The notes under the pieces are model-generated. The model made no database searches. It was not told the DNA's origin and saw nothing but the letters and a program-made list of their open reading frames with translations. 64,000 nt of DNA. It comes from Glaucostegus cemiculus (lineage: Eukaryota). This document shows, one piece after another, positions 11,705-25,256 of the stretch. The stretch is from NCBI GenBank assembly GCA_976551045.1, contig CDPCPM010000092.1, positions 4,712,001-4,776,000 of the forward strand, read 5' to 3'. Each line of letters begins with the position of its first letter. The stretch's first letter is position 1. The position numbers and the translations under genes were made by a program.

Positions 11705-12810
11705 GGTTTGCATATAAACAGAGGCTTTTATCTATCTTTCAGGATGCCTCGAGGTGCTTTACAGCAATGAATTACTTCTGAAATGCAGTCGTGGTTGAAA
11801 TGTTGAAAAAAATGGCAACAAATTTGCAACAGCAACAGAGGAACTGAGGAAGACAAGTATATGGTTCCTTGAAAGTGGTGTCACAGGTAGACAGGGTGGA
11901 AAAGGTAGCCTTTGTCACACTGGCCTTCATCAATCAGGGCTCTGAATATAGAAGTTAGGCTGTTATGTTGCAGTTGTACAAGTCGTTGGCGAGGCCACAC
12001 TTGGAACATTGTGTTCAGTTTTGGTCACCCTGCTATAGGAAAGATGCCATTAGGCTGGAAAGAGTGCAGAGGAGATTTACAAGGATGTGGACTGAGCTAT
12101 GGAGAGTGGTTGAGTAGGCTGGGGCTTTTTTTTTAAATTGGAACGTAGGAGAATGAGGGGTGATATTACAGAGGTGTATAAAATCATGAGGGGCATAGAT
12201 AGGGTGAATGCACACAATCTTTTTCCCAGGGTTGAGGGCATAGGTTAGGATAAAGTGGAGAGATTTAACAGGTACCTGAAGGGCAACTTTTTCACTCGAA
12301 GGGTGGTTTGTATATGGAATGAGCTGCCAGAGGAAGTGGTTGAAGTAGATACAATAACAACATTTAAAAGACATTTGGACAAGTACATGGATAGGAAAGT
12401 TTGAGAGGAATATGGACCAAAAGCGGGCAAATGGGACTAACTTAGATGAGAATGTTGGTCAGCACGGACTGGTTAGACCGAAGGGCCTGTTTCCATGCTG
12501 TGTAATTTTATGACTGTCCCAGAAACAAAAATGTGACTTTGTTATAGTAATGTTGATTGAACAATAGATACTGGTTGAAACACAAAGAATAACTCCCACA
12601 TTATTATTTAAAACATTGCCATGGAATCTTTTGATCACCTGAGGAAGCTAACGGAGCCTTGATTTAAAATCTCATCGAAAAGGTAAAACCTCCACTGATC
12701 CATCACTCTCATTTTGAGAAAATACTGCCTCAGCAGTGATGGAGCTAGGTTATGAATCCAAAACCTTTGCACTCAAGGTGAATAGTCTATCAGCTGAGCC
12801 ATACCCAACA
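11705..12810 (-). mobile_element. DeuSINE (SacSINE1/AmnSINE-like) split by a CR1 insertion
   Basis: 11705-11832 ttgcatata..gctttacagcaatgaattac tail. 12520-12810 Deu domain gccatggaatctttt..cacctgag..ggagccttgatttaa.atctcatc. Confidence 0.7.
11835..12515 (+). mobile_element. 5'-truncated CR1 (HER1-like)
   Basis: LVRPHLE.CVQFWSP.YRKD and MRGD.TEVYKIMRG motifs. gaagggcctgtttccatgctg 3' end. Confidence 0.9.
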
Positions 12811-13304
12811 CACAAGTGATCCATTCCTAAAGCTGAGAGCCTGACCATCTTTAATAATTGTTTGGAATGATCAACATTAATGCAATACCAGTGTGATATC
12901 AAAATCAAGAATTTCATAGGTATTTTCCATTAGGACAGAATTTAAAATGAAGTGTTTGCACAGATTATCAATGGCAAGGAAACCTGGTCAGAAAATCTGA
13001 AGCATGGAGCAGTGGAAGATGATTGGATAACTAAACTAACAATATTGTCCCTTATCCACACACAACCCTTGCTATTTCTAAGCTTATACTTTGGGTGTAT
13101 TTAATAGAGCAGAATGCTGCAGCAATATCATTTCTGCATTATTACACTGATCATAATTAAATGAATTTTAACCAATTGTCTCTGCCAGTTAACAGTTTAA
13201 GCATATTTGCATTGATTTCTGCCACTGGGTTAAATAGTGAACATTTAGGTCATTCACATTGCCTGGTGTCCCCTTTTGTTTAGGGTACAATAAGTTTTAA
13301 AGAA

Positions 13305-13560
13305 AAAGGAATTTGCATTCTCACTGCACCTTTCATGATTTTTGGACATCCCAAAGCAAGCAGGACACTTTGGTGAACATCTTAGCTCTCTTTTAATAGT
13401 GTCTTAGGATTTTTCATGTCCATCCAAGAGCACAAACTCTGACAGCCCCCTCCAACAGTGCACCATTCCTTGTGATTGACTAGGGATAGTCATTATCTAA
13501 TGCACACATGTTTCTCCATGGGGACTGGAACTCAGTCATAATGCACAAGAGATGTCACAT
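13305..13560 (-). mobile_element. Degenerate DeuSINE
   Basis: ttgcatt..cacctttcatga..ggacatcccaaagc and ggatttt.catgtcca..cctccaacagtgca motifs. Confidence 0.55.
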
Positions 13561-13674
13561 ACAATTATTTGGTATTGATCTGTGTATTTTGTTCCCATTG
13601 CAGCTTAGCCCAAATGTATCATTTCCTTTGGTACATCAGCTTAAATTCAGATCCTTGCCAATTTAAATATAAAT

Positions 13675-14005
13675 GTTCCATAAATCTGTCACTTGTGAAG
13701 GGCATAGATAGGGTAGATAACAAGAAGCCTCTCCCCAGGCAGAGATATCTACATCCAAAGGACATAGGTTTAAAGGAAGAGGAAGGAGATTTAGAGGGAT
13801 TTGTGGAAGAAAATTTTCACCCAGGGCCGGTTGAAATCCTGAAGGCACTGTCTTTGGGAGAGGTACACACACGACATTTAAGAATTATTCAGATAAGCAC
13901 TTCAAACACTCTGGTATAGATGGCTAAGGGGAGAGTGCAAGAAAATGGAATTATTGTAGATAAGTACTTGATGACCCGCACAGACACAGTGGGCCAAAGA
14001 AACTG
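13675..14005 (+). mobile_element. CR1 3' fragment
   Basis: VKGIDRVD..LP remnant, gtgggccaaag 3' UTR. Confidence 0.75.
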
Positions 14006-15409
14006 CTTCTATCCTCTGTGACTATCATATGACAAAGTGGCTGTCCTTAAGATGTGATTGAACTCCTTTGTTCATTTTTTGTAAATTCTAGGGATGAAGG
14101 AAATTGGAAAGAAACCTTCTGCTGCCTTTCTTTCTCCATCCCAGATGATTCTTTTATGGTTTTCCTTCTCTGCCAAAGTCGTCTTTCTTCCCACACTAAC
14201 TTCAAGCAGCAGCAGAAAATCTGAAAGGCATTACTCCCATTAAAACAGCTGCCTCCAACCCTTTATCCACTGTCAGTTGTTGTTTGCCAGCCCTCTTAAA
14301 AGTAGTTTCTCCTGGAGGCTAGATGGCACATGAACTCTCTCCATCAGTATTTTATTCCCTCACACTCATTCAGGGCAGAGATAAGCTATCAAATCTGCGC
14401 AATCAATTTATTTTGTTAATCAAGAGAAAGTCCAAGAGTAATGGCAGGTTTATGTTGACACAGTATTTCCACTAATCCACTGATAGAACAATTTAGCTCA
14501 TTGTAAATTGAACTAAAAATCTTCCCAAATTCATAAACCATAACAATCCTGAAAAATGTTGTCAGTTTCTGTTTTTGGAATAATGAGTTTAGCATCTTTT
14601 TGTCACATATTTTTCAATTAAATCCACACTTTGATTTTTCTCCCCCCCACAAAGAACAAAATGTTGACAGACACTATGAGGAGATTAACTATAATTACAA
14701 CTTGGTAGAGGTTACTTTAAGTAAAGGAAAATTATATTTTAAAATCATCAACTGGGACGAAACAATTAAAAACAGCATTCTGTTAATGCAGAATAATGGC
14801 TAAGGCCACATAGTTTCAATCACAAAGCAAAAAGGCCTGGAAGCAAAATCCCAATTAATTCTAATTAGATATGACTCACTCTTCCTTTGTTTTCTTCTCC
14901 TTAAACTTATTGGACAAGCAGCTGACTTTATTGCATAGTTCTTCTCCATAAACTTACTTGCCTAACTGGCACCACTTGGAATACTTCCTGAGGTACTACA
15001 AAGATTAATTTACATTGTCTTCTTAACCAGTGAATTCTAGATTGTAAGCTTCTATGCAAAAAGAATATATTTAGTAAATTCAAAATGATTTCCCATTAAA
15101 CATGGTTTTGAGTGTTATGGTTACAATAGGTCATCAGTCGAGATTTTCCAGGTGCCTGCTCAATAGTGCTGAAATCAGGAAAGACTCCCTCTGTTACAGG
15201 AAGAAGTTCCTTCATTTAGGTAATCATTTAAAACTGAGCCATGGACTGAGAATATTGAAGCAAGGTTGTTTGCATAAATAGGAGCACAAGGTTAGCTCAT
15301 TTTATTGCTGGTCCACCTAACATTCTTCAAATGTGGAGATATTAAATTTAATTCCTGTATCATTAGTATGTTATGAATAATTGCCATTCTAGGACTGATC
15401 TGTGCAGTA

Positions 15410-16843
15410 CCCGACTAGTTATTATCTGACACAAAAAAAATCCATTTACTTCTACTTTTTCTGCCAGTCAACCAGTTCTCTATCCATGTCAGTACTTTAC
15501 CCCCAATCCCTCGTGCATTAATTTTGCACACTAACCGTTCACATGGGACTTTACTGAAAGCTTTCTGCCTCTCTCACGCCCCCGCCTCTGCAGTTAGTTA
15601 CATGCTCAGAAAAGTCCGGTAGATTTGTCATGCATGATTTCCCATTGGTAAATCAATATTTCATCTAATCTTGTCACTCTTATGTGCTCTATTCTTACAG
15701 ATATTCATAATGGATTCTAGAATTTTCCTCACCACCAATATCATGTTAACTTCTCTGCTTTCTTGCTACTATTTTTTTTAAATGGGGTTACTGCAATTAT
15801 ACGGGGACCTCATGGAATCATAGACTCGTATAGCACAGCCATTCGGCCCAAATCATCCATGCCAACCAGTGGGCTCCCTTCCATTTTAATCCCATTGCCC
15901 AGCACTTGGTCCTTAGCCTTCTATGTCCAAGTGATTCAAGTGCTCATCTGGTCACTTCTTAAATGCTGTCAATGACCGAGCTTCAACCACTCTCTCAGGC
16001 AGAGAATTCCAGGTACGTAACACTCTCTTGGTGAAGGTGGTCCCTCCCATGTTCCCTCTAAATCTCTTTACCCTTACCCTGAACCTACACCCTCTAGTTT
16101 TATCTACCTCTGATATCAGGAAAGTTTCCTACAACCTACCCTATCAATACCTCTCATAATTTAATATGCCTCAATCATGTCCCCTCTTAACCTCCTCCAC
16201 TTCAGAGAGAACAGATCTAGTTTCTCCATTCTCTCCTCTTAAATGAATTGCTCCATCCCAGGTAAGATCCTGGTGAATCCCCTCTGCACCCTCTTCAGTG
16301 CTATCACATCCTTCCCATTACCAGAAATGCATGCAGTACACCAGCTGAGGTCTGACCAAGGTTTTATAAAGTTGGAGCATAACCTCCCTGCTTCTGTATT
16401 CAATGCTCTGACTAGTGAATGCCAGTATCCCATATGCCTTCCCCATTCACATTATCTATCTGTGTTGTCACCTTCAAGAATCTGTGGATTTGTACTCTAA
16501 GTTCCCTCTGTTCCTCAATACTCCAAGAGCCTGCTATTCATGCTGTATGCTCTAGCCTCATTTGCACTCCCAAAACTCATAGAAGAGTACAGCGCAAGAA
16601 CAGGCCCTTTGGCCCACAATGTTGTGCTGAACTAATTAAACTAGTAATTAAATGCCTAACTAAACAAATCCCTTCTGTCAACAGAATGTCCATATCCCTC
16701 CATTCTCTGCACATCCATGAGCCTATCTAAGACCCTCTTAAACACCTCTCTCATATTTGCCTCCACTAACACCCCTAAAAATGCAGCACCTCACATTTGC
16801 CTGGATTAAACTGCATCTACCATTTTGCAGCCCATTTCACCAA
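15410..16843 (-). mobile_element. Cluster of nested CR1 fragments
   Basis: RT remnant (DFQKAF.KVP-like) at 15410-15800. 3' end at 15812-16575 with a second 3' stub at 16578-16775. Confidence 0.75.
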
Positions 16844-17390
16844 CACTTGTTGAGACCCAACCTGGAGTATTGTGTGCAGTTTTCTTCTCCTTGCCCAAGA
16901 AAGAATGCCATAGAGGGAGTGCAACAAATGTTTACCAAACTGATGGGTTGGCAGGACTCTTGTATCAGAAGAAATTGGCTCCACCAAGTATTCTTTGGAG
17001 TTGAGAAGACTGAGAGGAGATCTCATTGAGACACACAAGATTCTGGCAGGACTAGAGAGACTGGTTGAAGGGTGGAAGTTTCCCCTGGCTGTAGAACAAT
17101 GGGTCATAGTCTCAGGATATGGGGCAAGGCATCTAGGAGTGAGATGAGGAGAAATGTTTCAACTCAGAGGCTAGTGAAGCTGTGGAATTCTCTAACTCAG
17201 AGGGCTGTAGAGACCAAGTCACTGAATGTACTCAAGCACAGAATAAAAATTTTTCCTCGACAAAGAGGAGATTGAGGGCTTTGCGGAGAGGGTGGGAGTA
17301 TGGCATTGAGACAGAGGATCAACCATGTTCATACCGAAAGGCAAAGGAGTCTCAAAGGGCCAAGTAGCCTACCTCTGCTCCCATCTTTCT
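16844..17390 (+). mobile_element. CR1 3' fragment
   Basis: LLRPNLEYCVQFSSP, MRRNVSTQRLVKLWNSLTQRAVE, gggccaagtagcctacctctgctcc tail. Confidence 0.85.
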
Positions 17391-17394
17391 TTGC

Positions 17395-18285
17395 ATCTAT
17401 ATCTGTGTTGGCTCAAGCTTTGTGAGTAGATCAGAAATAATGTCCTGAAGTTTCCTGAAATCTGTTCACTTGTTCCATTTCCTTTCTGCCTGAGGTCAAT
17501 ATAATGATTTTGATCTAATCATCATCTCTGTCAGACATCTTCCAGGAACTGTAGTTAGCTTCTGCAACATTATGAACTGATCTTGAATCTCTACTAGTGC
17601 TATACAACTTGCTAATAGTCTTCCTCTGCTGCACTGAAATGAAACCCGATTCTCTTTTTTGCATTTGTGGCACACCATTCCATAACTTGGATGTTTCTCC
17701 TTCTGCTGCTTATTCTACTTCCCACAATAATTGGTTAGTTTATACTGTTGCTATTCTTTGCTTCTGTTTGGCTGACTGGACAAAACTGTGTTGCCCACTA
17801 TCCAACTCAACAACTCTGGCTTTTGACAACTCAGATCCAATAGGATTTGACACACTTTGCCAGCTCTAAGATCATTGTGGTCAAGATTCTGCATTTTGAA
17901 CTCACATATAATCCTGTCACAGATGAACAGATCCCTTGTATCTCCAAAGTTAACATTCGCAGCTGATAACTTCAGTTTAACTAAGTGGTGACAAATTGTC
18001 TCTCTATTTGCCTAACATCACTTGAAAAACTCAAATCTGCCCTGTCTCATTGTGTGGTGGGATGCAGTAATTCTCAAAAGCTTAAGATTTAGGATTCTCA
18101 TTGGGAAGATTCTCAGTGGTTCAGTAGGCACCACTGCCTTAGTGATCAACCAAATACAACTGTATTTTATTGTTGTTTTCTGTGTATTAGATGTTGCCAA
18201 TTCAATAAAGAGAAAATTCATCCTTTTATTGCTTCTACTCATTTGACAAGTTACACTCTTAAAGTCCAGCTTCTGAGGCAGTTAT
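17395..18285 (-). mobile_element. Ty3/Gypsy (K02A2.6-like) gag relic
   Basis: Minus translation RFEFFK*C*ANRETICHHLVKLKLSAANVNFGDTRDLFICDRIICE (18041-17901), SELSKARVVEL, then NYCGK*...HPSYGMVCHKCKKENRVSFQC (degenerate CCHC knuckle). Confidence 0.75.
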
Positions 18286-19319
18286 ATCTGCTCTATCATC
18301 TAATACAGACAAGTCTAGTGAAGGCAGACCTAGTTGTGATATTATGATCCTGCTCTTTTTCTAAACCGAACACCCCTTTTCATTTTCTGTGGATTCTTGG
18401 TGAATCTTGTTACAAGGTTATTTCTGAGCTACTCACAGGCCTCCAGCATTGCAGTCCTCCATCATGGCAATGCATTATGGCCTAACAGCATTTGCGGCCT
18501 ACAATCACTGTATTGCACAAGAATTCACAAGGAAGGTCAGCACCAAAAATACATCTTTAACCAGATCATTTTATAGAAGCACAGGATAATACCTCTCAAA
18601 TAACCCATAGATATGCTTTTCAAAAGGTTTACACAGAAATTAATTCCAACTGTTTTTCTTTCTCTGTAGCAAGTAGCATATAAACATGCCACATGTTAAA
18701 TGAATATGATTATGAATGACATTTTGGTAGCACTGCCAGAAAAAAATAGGATATGTAATGTCACTACACTAATACTGTTTTACGAAAATAGATGTACCTC
18801 TTTTCCCCAAAAGAATTAGAAAGTGATCATGATCTAGTGAACTACACTGTTATGTCCTGCTGTGACCCTCCTTAATACCCATTTGAAAATCAGGGAGAAT
18901 ACATGGGGACAGTCAGACTTCTAAAGAAAAGAATGCATTGCTGTTCAGCACAATACATCCATCTTTAACCTGTTCATTTTATAGAAAGCACTGAATACAT
19001 AGAATATGTTAGCCTGTAAAGGATGCTTATTTACTTTGGAAAAATTCTGCAATGCTGGAGAAAATTTTGAACATGATTCAGGTGCTGAATATTCAAACAG
19101 TCCACTGTTGAAATGTCACATTGGTCTGAAGACTATTTCCAAGCTCCACTCTTACATAATTCACTGAAATGCATTTCAAAACTGCTACAGTATTGGCAAC
19201 TCTTGGATTTTGATTGCATGTTCAAAGATGCAGAGGTAACAGGAAAAAAACTATTGTTAGTATTGATGTTCAAGACTTGGGTTCCTTTTGGTGCACAAGA
19301 TTGTGGGATGATCTAATTA

Positions 19320-19655
19320 AGGATATTAAGATGAATAATGGAGGTTTATAGAGAAACAGCTTTCACTGGTTGTGGATTTCAGAAAAAGGAGAAAATAACC
19401 ATAGTTTTAGGGTGTGGCCATTATGGGGAATGGCAGATTTTCACATAAAGGATCATAGAAATCTGGAATGCTCTTCCCAAAATATTATTCAAGATAGTCA
19501 GTTGAAAATCTCAAAACTGAAATGACTGATTTATTTTGTTAGATATAAATATTAAGGTTATGGAACAGAGGTGCTAAGATGCAAATCTGCTTTGACCTAT
19601 TTGCATATTGGCACAGGTTCAAGGTTTGTGGTCTTCTGATTTGTTTGTTCCTAAG
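19320..19655 (+). mobile_element. Old CR1 3' fragment
   Basis: FT.RI.EIWNALP-like remnant and 3' UTR. Confidence 0.6.
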
Positions 19656-20574
19656 GTCCTAATGCCATTCTCCCAGCTAATTTTTCCAGAGGGTCCAGAA
19701 TTATGCAGAGCTATTAGTTTTCAGTGACAAACATTTGCATCTACTCCCCTAACAGTAAAGCTTCTCAAACCACCAAAGAAAGAGCTTAGACCACAGACCT
19801 TCAGATCTGGTAGGTCACTTGAAATGAAAATAGAAGGCAACAGAATGTTGAACTGAATGAAGGCAACAAAAATATTGGTCTAATCTAGATACCAGAATAA
19901 GTCTTTGTGGTCATTTTTATTTGAAAATGACATCTCATATGAATAATATCACATGAGATCTCACTTCCTCAACCCTTTCAGATATGTTTTACTATTAAGA
20001 CACATCTAAATGTGCAGTCTGTTTGGGATTCACACTCTGAGCCAAGAGCCAGTGGAATCCTAAAAGGCTCAAAGTACTTGCAGACCATCCAACTATTGCC
20101 ATTACCTCAGGGATCACCTTCATGCAACACTAGAAAGTTTGAGCAAATAACAGGTGGATATAGCAGTTAAGAGGAAGCATAACCTGTGGATAAAAGTACA
20201 CAGTAAGTTTCTGAGCTGAAGTACAAACTGAAAGTATTGGTCAATCACATTAACATAGTTACTGAACTGATCATAGCAAATACCTGATGAAGTATGTCTG
20301 TTTCCATTGCTACTAAAGATGAAAGTCCAGATTACAGGCATTCAGACTCAGACTGCAATAGTGCTTGGCCAGCTTGCTGCCATACAAGCTCAAGCTACTG
20401 CCACATGGCTCTGTATACCAATATGCAGAGGGATTTTGGGGTGGTGGATCCTTCCTGCTGTTGAATCTGTGCTTTGTTGTGCAAGATTGGAAGTTTAATA
20501 TGGAAGGTTGGTGCAAAAAAATCACATTGCACACTGATTAGTACTTTTATCTGAATATTCTAATACACTCCTGG

Positions 20575-20920
20575 AAAGCAGTGACTGTGCCCAAGCTTAG
20601 ACACTCACCTTTGGAGAGGAGGAGGATGAGAGGTGACGATAGAGGTGTACAAAATAAGAGCCAATAGATAGAGCAGACAGTCAGAAACATTTTCCCCAGG
20701 GAGAAAATGACTAACACAAGGGGGCACAATTTTAAGGTAATTGGAGGTGGTTATGGAAGCAGATACATTAGGGACATTTAAGAGACTTAGATAGACACAT
20801 GAATGATGGAAAAATGGAGGGCTATGTGGGAGGGAAGGGTTATACAGATCTTAGAGCAGGATAAAATGTCAGCACAACATCATGGGCCAAAGGGTCTGTA
20901 CTGTGCTGTAATGTTCTATG
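20575..20920 (+). mobile_element. CR1 3' fragment with internal deletion
   Basis: RRRMRGD.IEVYKI remnant, gggccaaagggtctgtactgtgctgtaatgttctatg tail. Same subfamily as 60500-60840. Confidence 0.85.
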
Positions 20921-22191
20921 CTGGTCTCATGGTGTGCCACATACATGCACTTGTCCACTTTCAGCACTCAGTCTATGAAAATTACACCAGAGGGGCAAAC
21001 TTTGCAACCAAGAGCTCTGATCAATTCTGTCCACATGCAAAATCCATACATGTAAATAATCATTGGATAGCAATCAAAAATGAGAAAACTGGATTTTTTT
21101 CCTCCTTTTTAGCATACAGGAATTGCAGCAGCTACAACACACACAGGCCTGACCCACATATGCCTATGCCAAATGAGATAGGCTAACTCAGCACATTGCC
21201 CAGAATTCAAAACATTTCTGTTCAGCTGGCAATTTCTAGCTGGCAAGCCATTTCCAAAAAGTAAACTGACATTTGGAGCTTTGAAAGCAAACAATTTGTT
21301 TGTACATGAATAATCTCAGACATAGAATGAATAATTCAAATGAAAAATGATTTTGCTCAATTATGAAGGATATTGTCTGGTGATATTGACATTCTGCAGA
21401 TGGAGTAGAATTAGCATCCACGTATCTTCTCTGAATACTCAGAGCCCTCTGTCCAGCCACCCAACCCCATGCAATACCCCACCTCCTCCATCTCATTTCC
21501 CTCATTAATTGATTGTTGTCCCTCAGCAAGTCCTACGCCTCCGGAGACCAGCTGAGGTTACCTATTTAAGGAAGCACATCATTACTTCTAACGAGTGCAT
21601 TCTTCCTCAGGATTCCTCGATTTAAGCAGGAATCATTTACTGCCCTCTACTTCAGTGAACTTTCCAACATTATCTCTTGAACATCTTTTTTCATACCCTA
21701 TGTAATACTGAAGAGTATTTTAAAATTTAGCAAAAGCAGAATTAATCTGCATTACCTAATTTTCTTGTCTAGGTCAAACCATTGTCATTTTTCTGGAGAG
21801 CAATATCCTATTAGTGGCAATTAAGTATTTCCTCTGAATAACGAACATTCAGAGAATTTGATCTATTGGAGCACTTGGCATTACATCTATTACAATATTC
21901 CAAACAGATCTGTGAAACACATCAATCTTTGCAAATTGCTGGTGATACACTTCAATTTGTTTCCCCAGTGTCCATAATTGTTAATTATAAATGCTGTCAT
22001 TTTCTCATCCAAAATTTGTGATAAGTGCATGAACAATTGCTAAACAAATTGAAATCCTTTAAACACAGCATTGGAAGGTTGTTTTTTTTTTAATGCTTCT
22101 GCCTCACAAAAATATGCTGGAATTGTTAGATTTTAATACAAGCCTCCTACAAATTTAAAAAAACATAGAAGAATTCTTCAGGATTGCTGAG

Positions 22192-22570
22192 TACAAAGAA
22201 TGGAAGATCCCTAAAAGGGTATAAAGAGTTAATGATCTTTGAAAGTTAGTAGGCATATAAAGAGTTGGGGAGATCTGAGGAAGTTTAAAGAGAAGATTCT
22301 TCAGTGCATCAAGAGTGGGAAATCAATGAGTGAATATAATGAGTGGGAGATCTGTGAGATTATAAAGTGTGAGAGATTATTGTATGAATATAAAAGCAGG
22401 ATGTCCTTGAGAACATAAAGAGCAGACAAGCTTTCAACAATTACAAAGAGTAGAAGATCCCTGACAGTATAAGGGGTGCAAGATCATTGTGTGAATAAGT
22501 GGGAGATTCCTGACACAGTATAAAGAGTAGAGAATCACTCAGACTGTATAAGGAATGAGAGATTGCAGAA
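22192..22570 (+). repeat. Degenerate tandem array, about 14 units of about 26-28 bp
   Basis: Approximate consensus TATAAAGAGTGGGAGATCCCTGAGAG, segmented by eye. Confidence 0.75.
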
Positions 22571-22659
22571 TGAGAATAAACTAGACCAAGCTATAAATTA
22601 AAACACTAAGTAACTGATTGAAAAACAATTAATAAGCAAATACAATTAAATGATAACAC

Positions 22660-24590
22660 ACATGAAGGGCTAATGATGTTGAGGCTGGAGCTAGCAGAGC
22701 TCCACAACAACCATATTGGCAGTAAGTGTTTGCAGATCAAGGAATGTTAGTTCAGTTACTGTGCTTGCATCTGAGCTTCATACACAGCAGTGCCTGACTG
22801 AGGGAGAAAGTTGCCTGAATACTTTATTCCAAGAGGCAGTCACACCCCTTTAGTCTCCAAGAAATCTCCCACTAATAGCTCTACAAACTTCTGAACTTTA
22901 ATCAAGCATCTTTCACACCCAAAAATCTCCTATACTTTGTACACACTCAGCCATCCTAAAGAAAATCCTGATATTTTTTAAAATGCAGGAGTGTTTTTAA
23001 ATATATTTCCAGCATATTTCTATGAGTCATGAGTATTAAAAGATGAAAAGTATTACAGATTTGGTCAGTGGACAAGGACAGGAGTTTGTGACTGCAAGGG
23101 GGGTAGATATGGGAATCCAAAAGAAAATGTTGGAAGAGTCTCAGTCCTTGCGCTTGTCTATAGTTATGTTGGATACAAGAGACTGCAGGTGCTGGGATCT
23201 GAAGCAACAAAAACTGCAGGAGGATCTCATTGAACTGAGCAGCATTCAATGGGGGACAAGGAAATGTCAACATTTTGGGTCAAGATCCCACGTCGGTACA
23301 GAGTGGAGAGGAAAGATAGCCAGTACAAAGATGAGAGGAAGAGAATGACACAGGAGTCTGCAAGTGATTGGTGGACCAAAGAGAAGTGAAGAATGATGGG
23401 TAGATGGAGCCAGGTGGAGGAGGGGGCAAGGTGGATTTGGGAGACAGAGGCAGGTGAATGATAGGTGCAAAGCCAGATAGGGGAGGGGAGGGGAGGGATG
23501 AAGGTGGAAACAGCTGGGAGGGTGCAAGAACATAAATCTGATAAGTAAGGAAGGTGGTAATGTGAACCATTTAGGGAGAGGTGAAGGGCAGATGAAACCA
23601 GATGTGGGTGGGAAATCTAGTGGGTAAAACGTGTGGGTAGTAGGTCAGTGGTACCAGGAGGGAGAAGGGATGAAAATGGGTGATGAGGGTCTAGAGCGAG
23701 GTATGGGAAAGGGAACAAAAATGGGAGGACTGGAGGAGGAGGACTGGGGCGGGTGGTGTTGCAGAAACACATTATGTAAAGATTCCATGAAATTGGAAAA
23801 TTCAATTTTCATACCATTGGTTTATAGACTAGCCAGACAAAATACCAGGAGTGGTTCCTTTAGTTTGCCACCCATCTCGTTTCCCATGGAGTACGAAGGG
23901 AAGGACACAGTTGTCATAGTCCATATGGAAAGCTTTCATATAGGTAGGGCAAGTTTCTGAGGTAGTGTAAGTAGTTCAGCTTTAATTTGAAAGCAGAATC
24001 ACAAGTTTAATAAATGCTGCACTATGACCTGAGCAAACTGGCATAAGGTTAATAAGATCAGGGAATTCAATCTATGCCTCAAAGATCAGTCAGGGAAACT
24101 AGGTTTTGATTTATAGGGCAAAGCACAAGTACAGGAAAAAGTGAGGTGTTCCATTGGGATGAACTTCATTTGAATCAGGCTGGGATCACCGTCCTCAAGA
24201 ATCAAATAACTAATGCTGTAGAAAAGACTTTAAAGTAAATGGTGGTGGCAGGGGTGGAGGGCTCATCTGAGGGGAAATTAAGTCAAAGAGGAAGGACAAG
24301 GAAATAGAGCAAGGTAACAAAATGGAAGTTATCAACCACAGTCTGATAGGAGACAAGGTAAACAAACATAACAGAGCAGCTGCAAATAGTCAGAATGGAA
24401 AACAAAAATGGTAAGAAGTCAAAATTTAAGTCTACTTGAATGCATGCACAGTTTGTAACAAGATGGATGAATCAATCACATGTATGAAAATAAATTGGAA
24501 TGATGGTAAAATCCATTACAGTAATGAGATTGGAGGGTGACTAAAGCTGGACCTGAATATTCCAGGGTACTTTACATTTTGGATCCAATG
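22660..24590 (+). mobile_element. Old CR1 5' portion (ORF1 zinc finger/leucine zipper, esterase, APE start) split by a Penelope element
   Basis: NHIGSKCLQ..EGESCLNTLFQEAVTP (22700-22850), DLVSGQGQE.VTA..MGIQ..LEE.Q.L.LS, then WDELHLNQAG and YLNA remnants after 24000. Confidence 0.7.
23172..23875 (-). mobile_element. Penelope-like element 3' region
   Basis: gactgcaggtgctgg terminus, decayed hammerhead at 23265-23300, purine-rich tract, KLKE..LVF.L.SL...GM.IEFSNF (GIY-YIG C-terminus). Confidence 0.75.
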
Positions 24591-25256
24591 AATAATCCTG
24601 GCTATATTCTTAAGGGGTGCTAATGAGTTAGGAGCACCAATTTTAAACAACATCTAGAACTACATGGGAAAAAACACAAAATATTATTCAAATACTTTGA
24701 AGTTACAGTACCTGGTAATTGTTTAATGCAGCCTGCAGGACAGTAACTAGCATGTTATGAATTTTCAGTGTGGTCAGCTTGATACATAGAAAAGTAGGGT
24801 TTCTTTCATATGTACTCAAGATGCAGAAGGAAATGATTGCATTCCAAATGATTAATCTAGTTGTTATCTTGAAAGTCTGTGTTTGAATCTATGTCATTAT
24901 CTTTTAAAGTTATAGCAATTTCTCATGTACAAAGCCAAATTGTTTATCAGGGTGTCAGTAATTATCAGTAATAGCAATGTATGCCTTGCCAGAAGCAGGA
25001 ATTCAGGATATACTATTCTCAGTAGATGTGCAATCCACTGTAAGTCTCAGTTCTATTCATAGGTAATTTTTACTGTGAGGAATAATGTGTCATATATCTT
25101 GGCACAACCATTAGTCATCTATCACTGCCAGTTCTGGATTAGGAAGGAAGGTAATAGAAGGAGAATTGATTGATATGCAGGTATTACATAAATTGCTTGG
25201 ATCTTTTGGTGCCCATTTTTAGTTCATACTCTTTGGCCATAACTAAATTTGGCCCA

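Noticed and set aside
14116-14230. 105-nt minus-strand segment open in two frames after TGCCTTTCAG
   Set aside because: Poor donor (GTTTCT) and no recognisable peptide.
22192-22570. Regularly spaced repeat resembling a CRISPR array
   Set aside because: Units are contiguous and degenerate with no unique spacers. There are no cas genes and the context is vertebrate.
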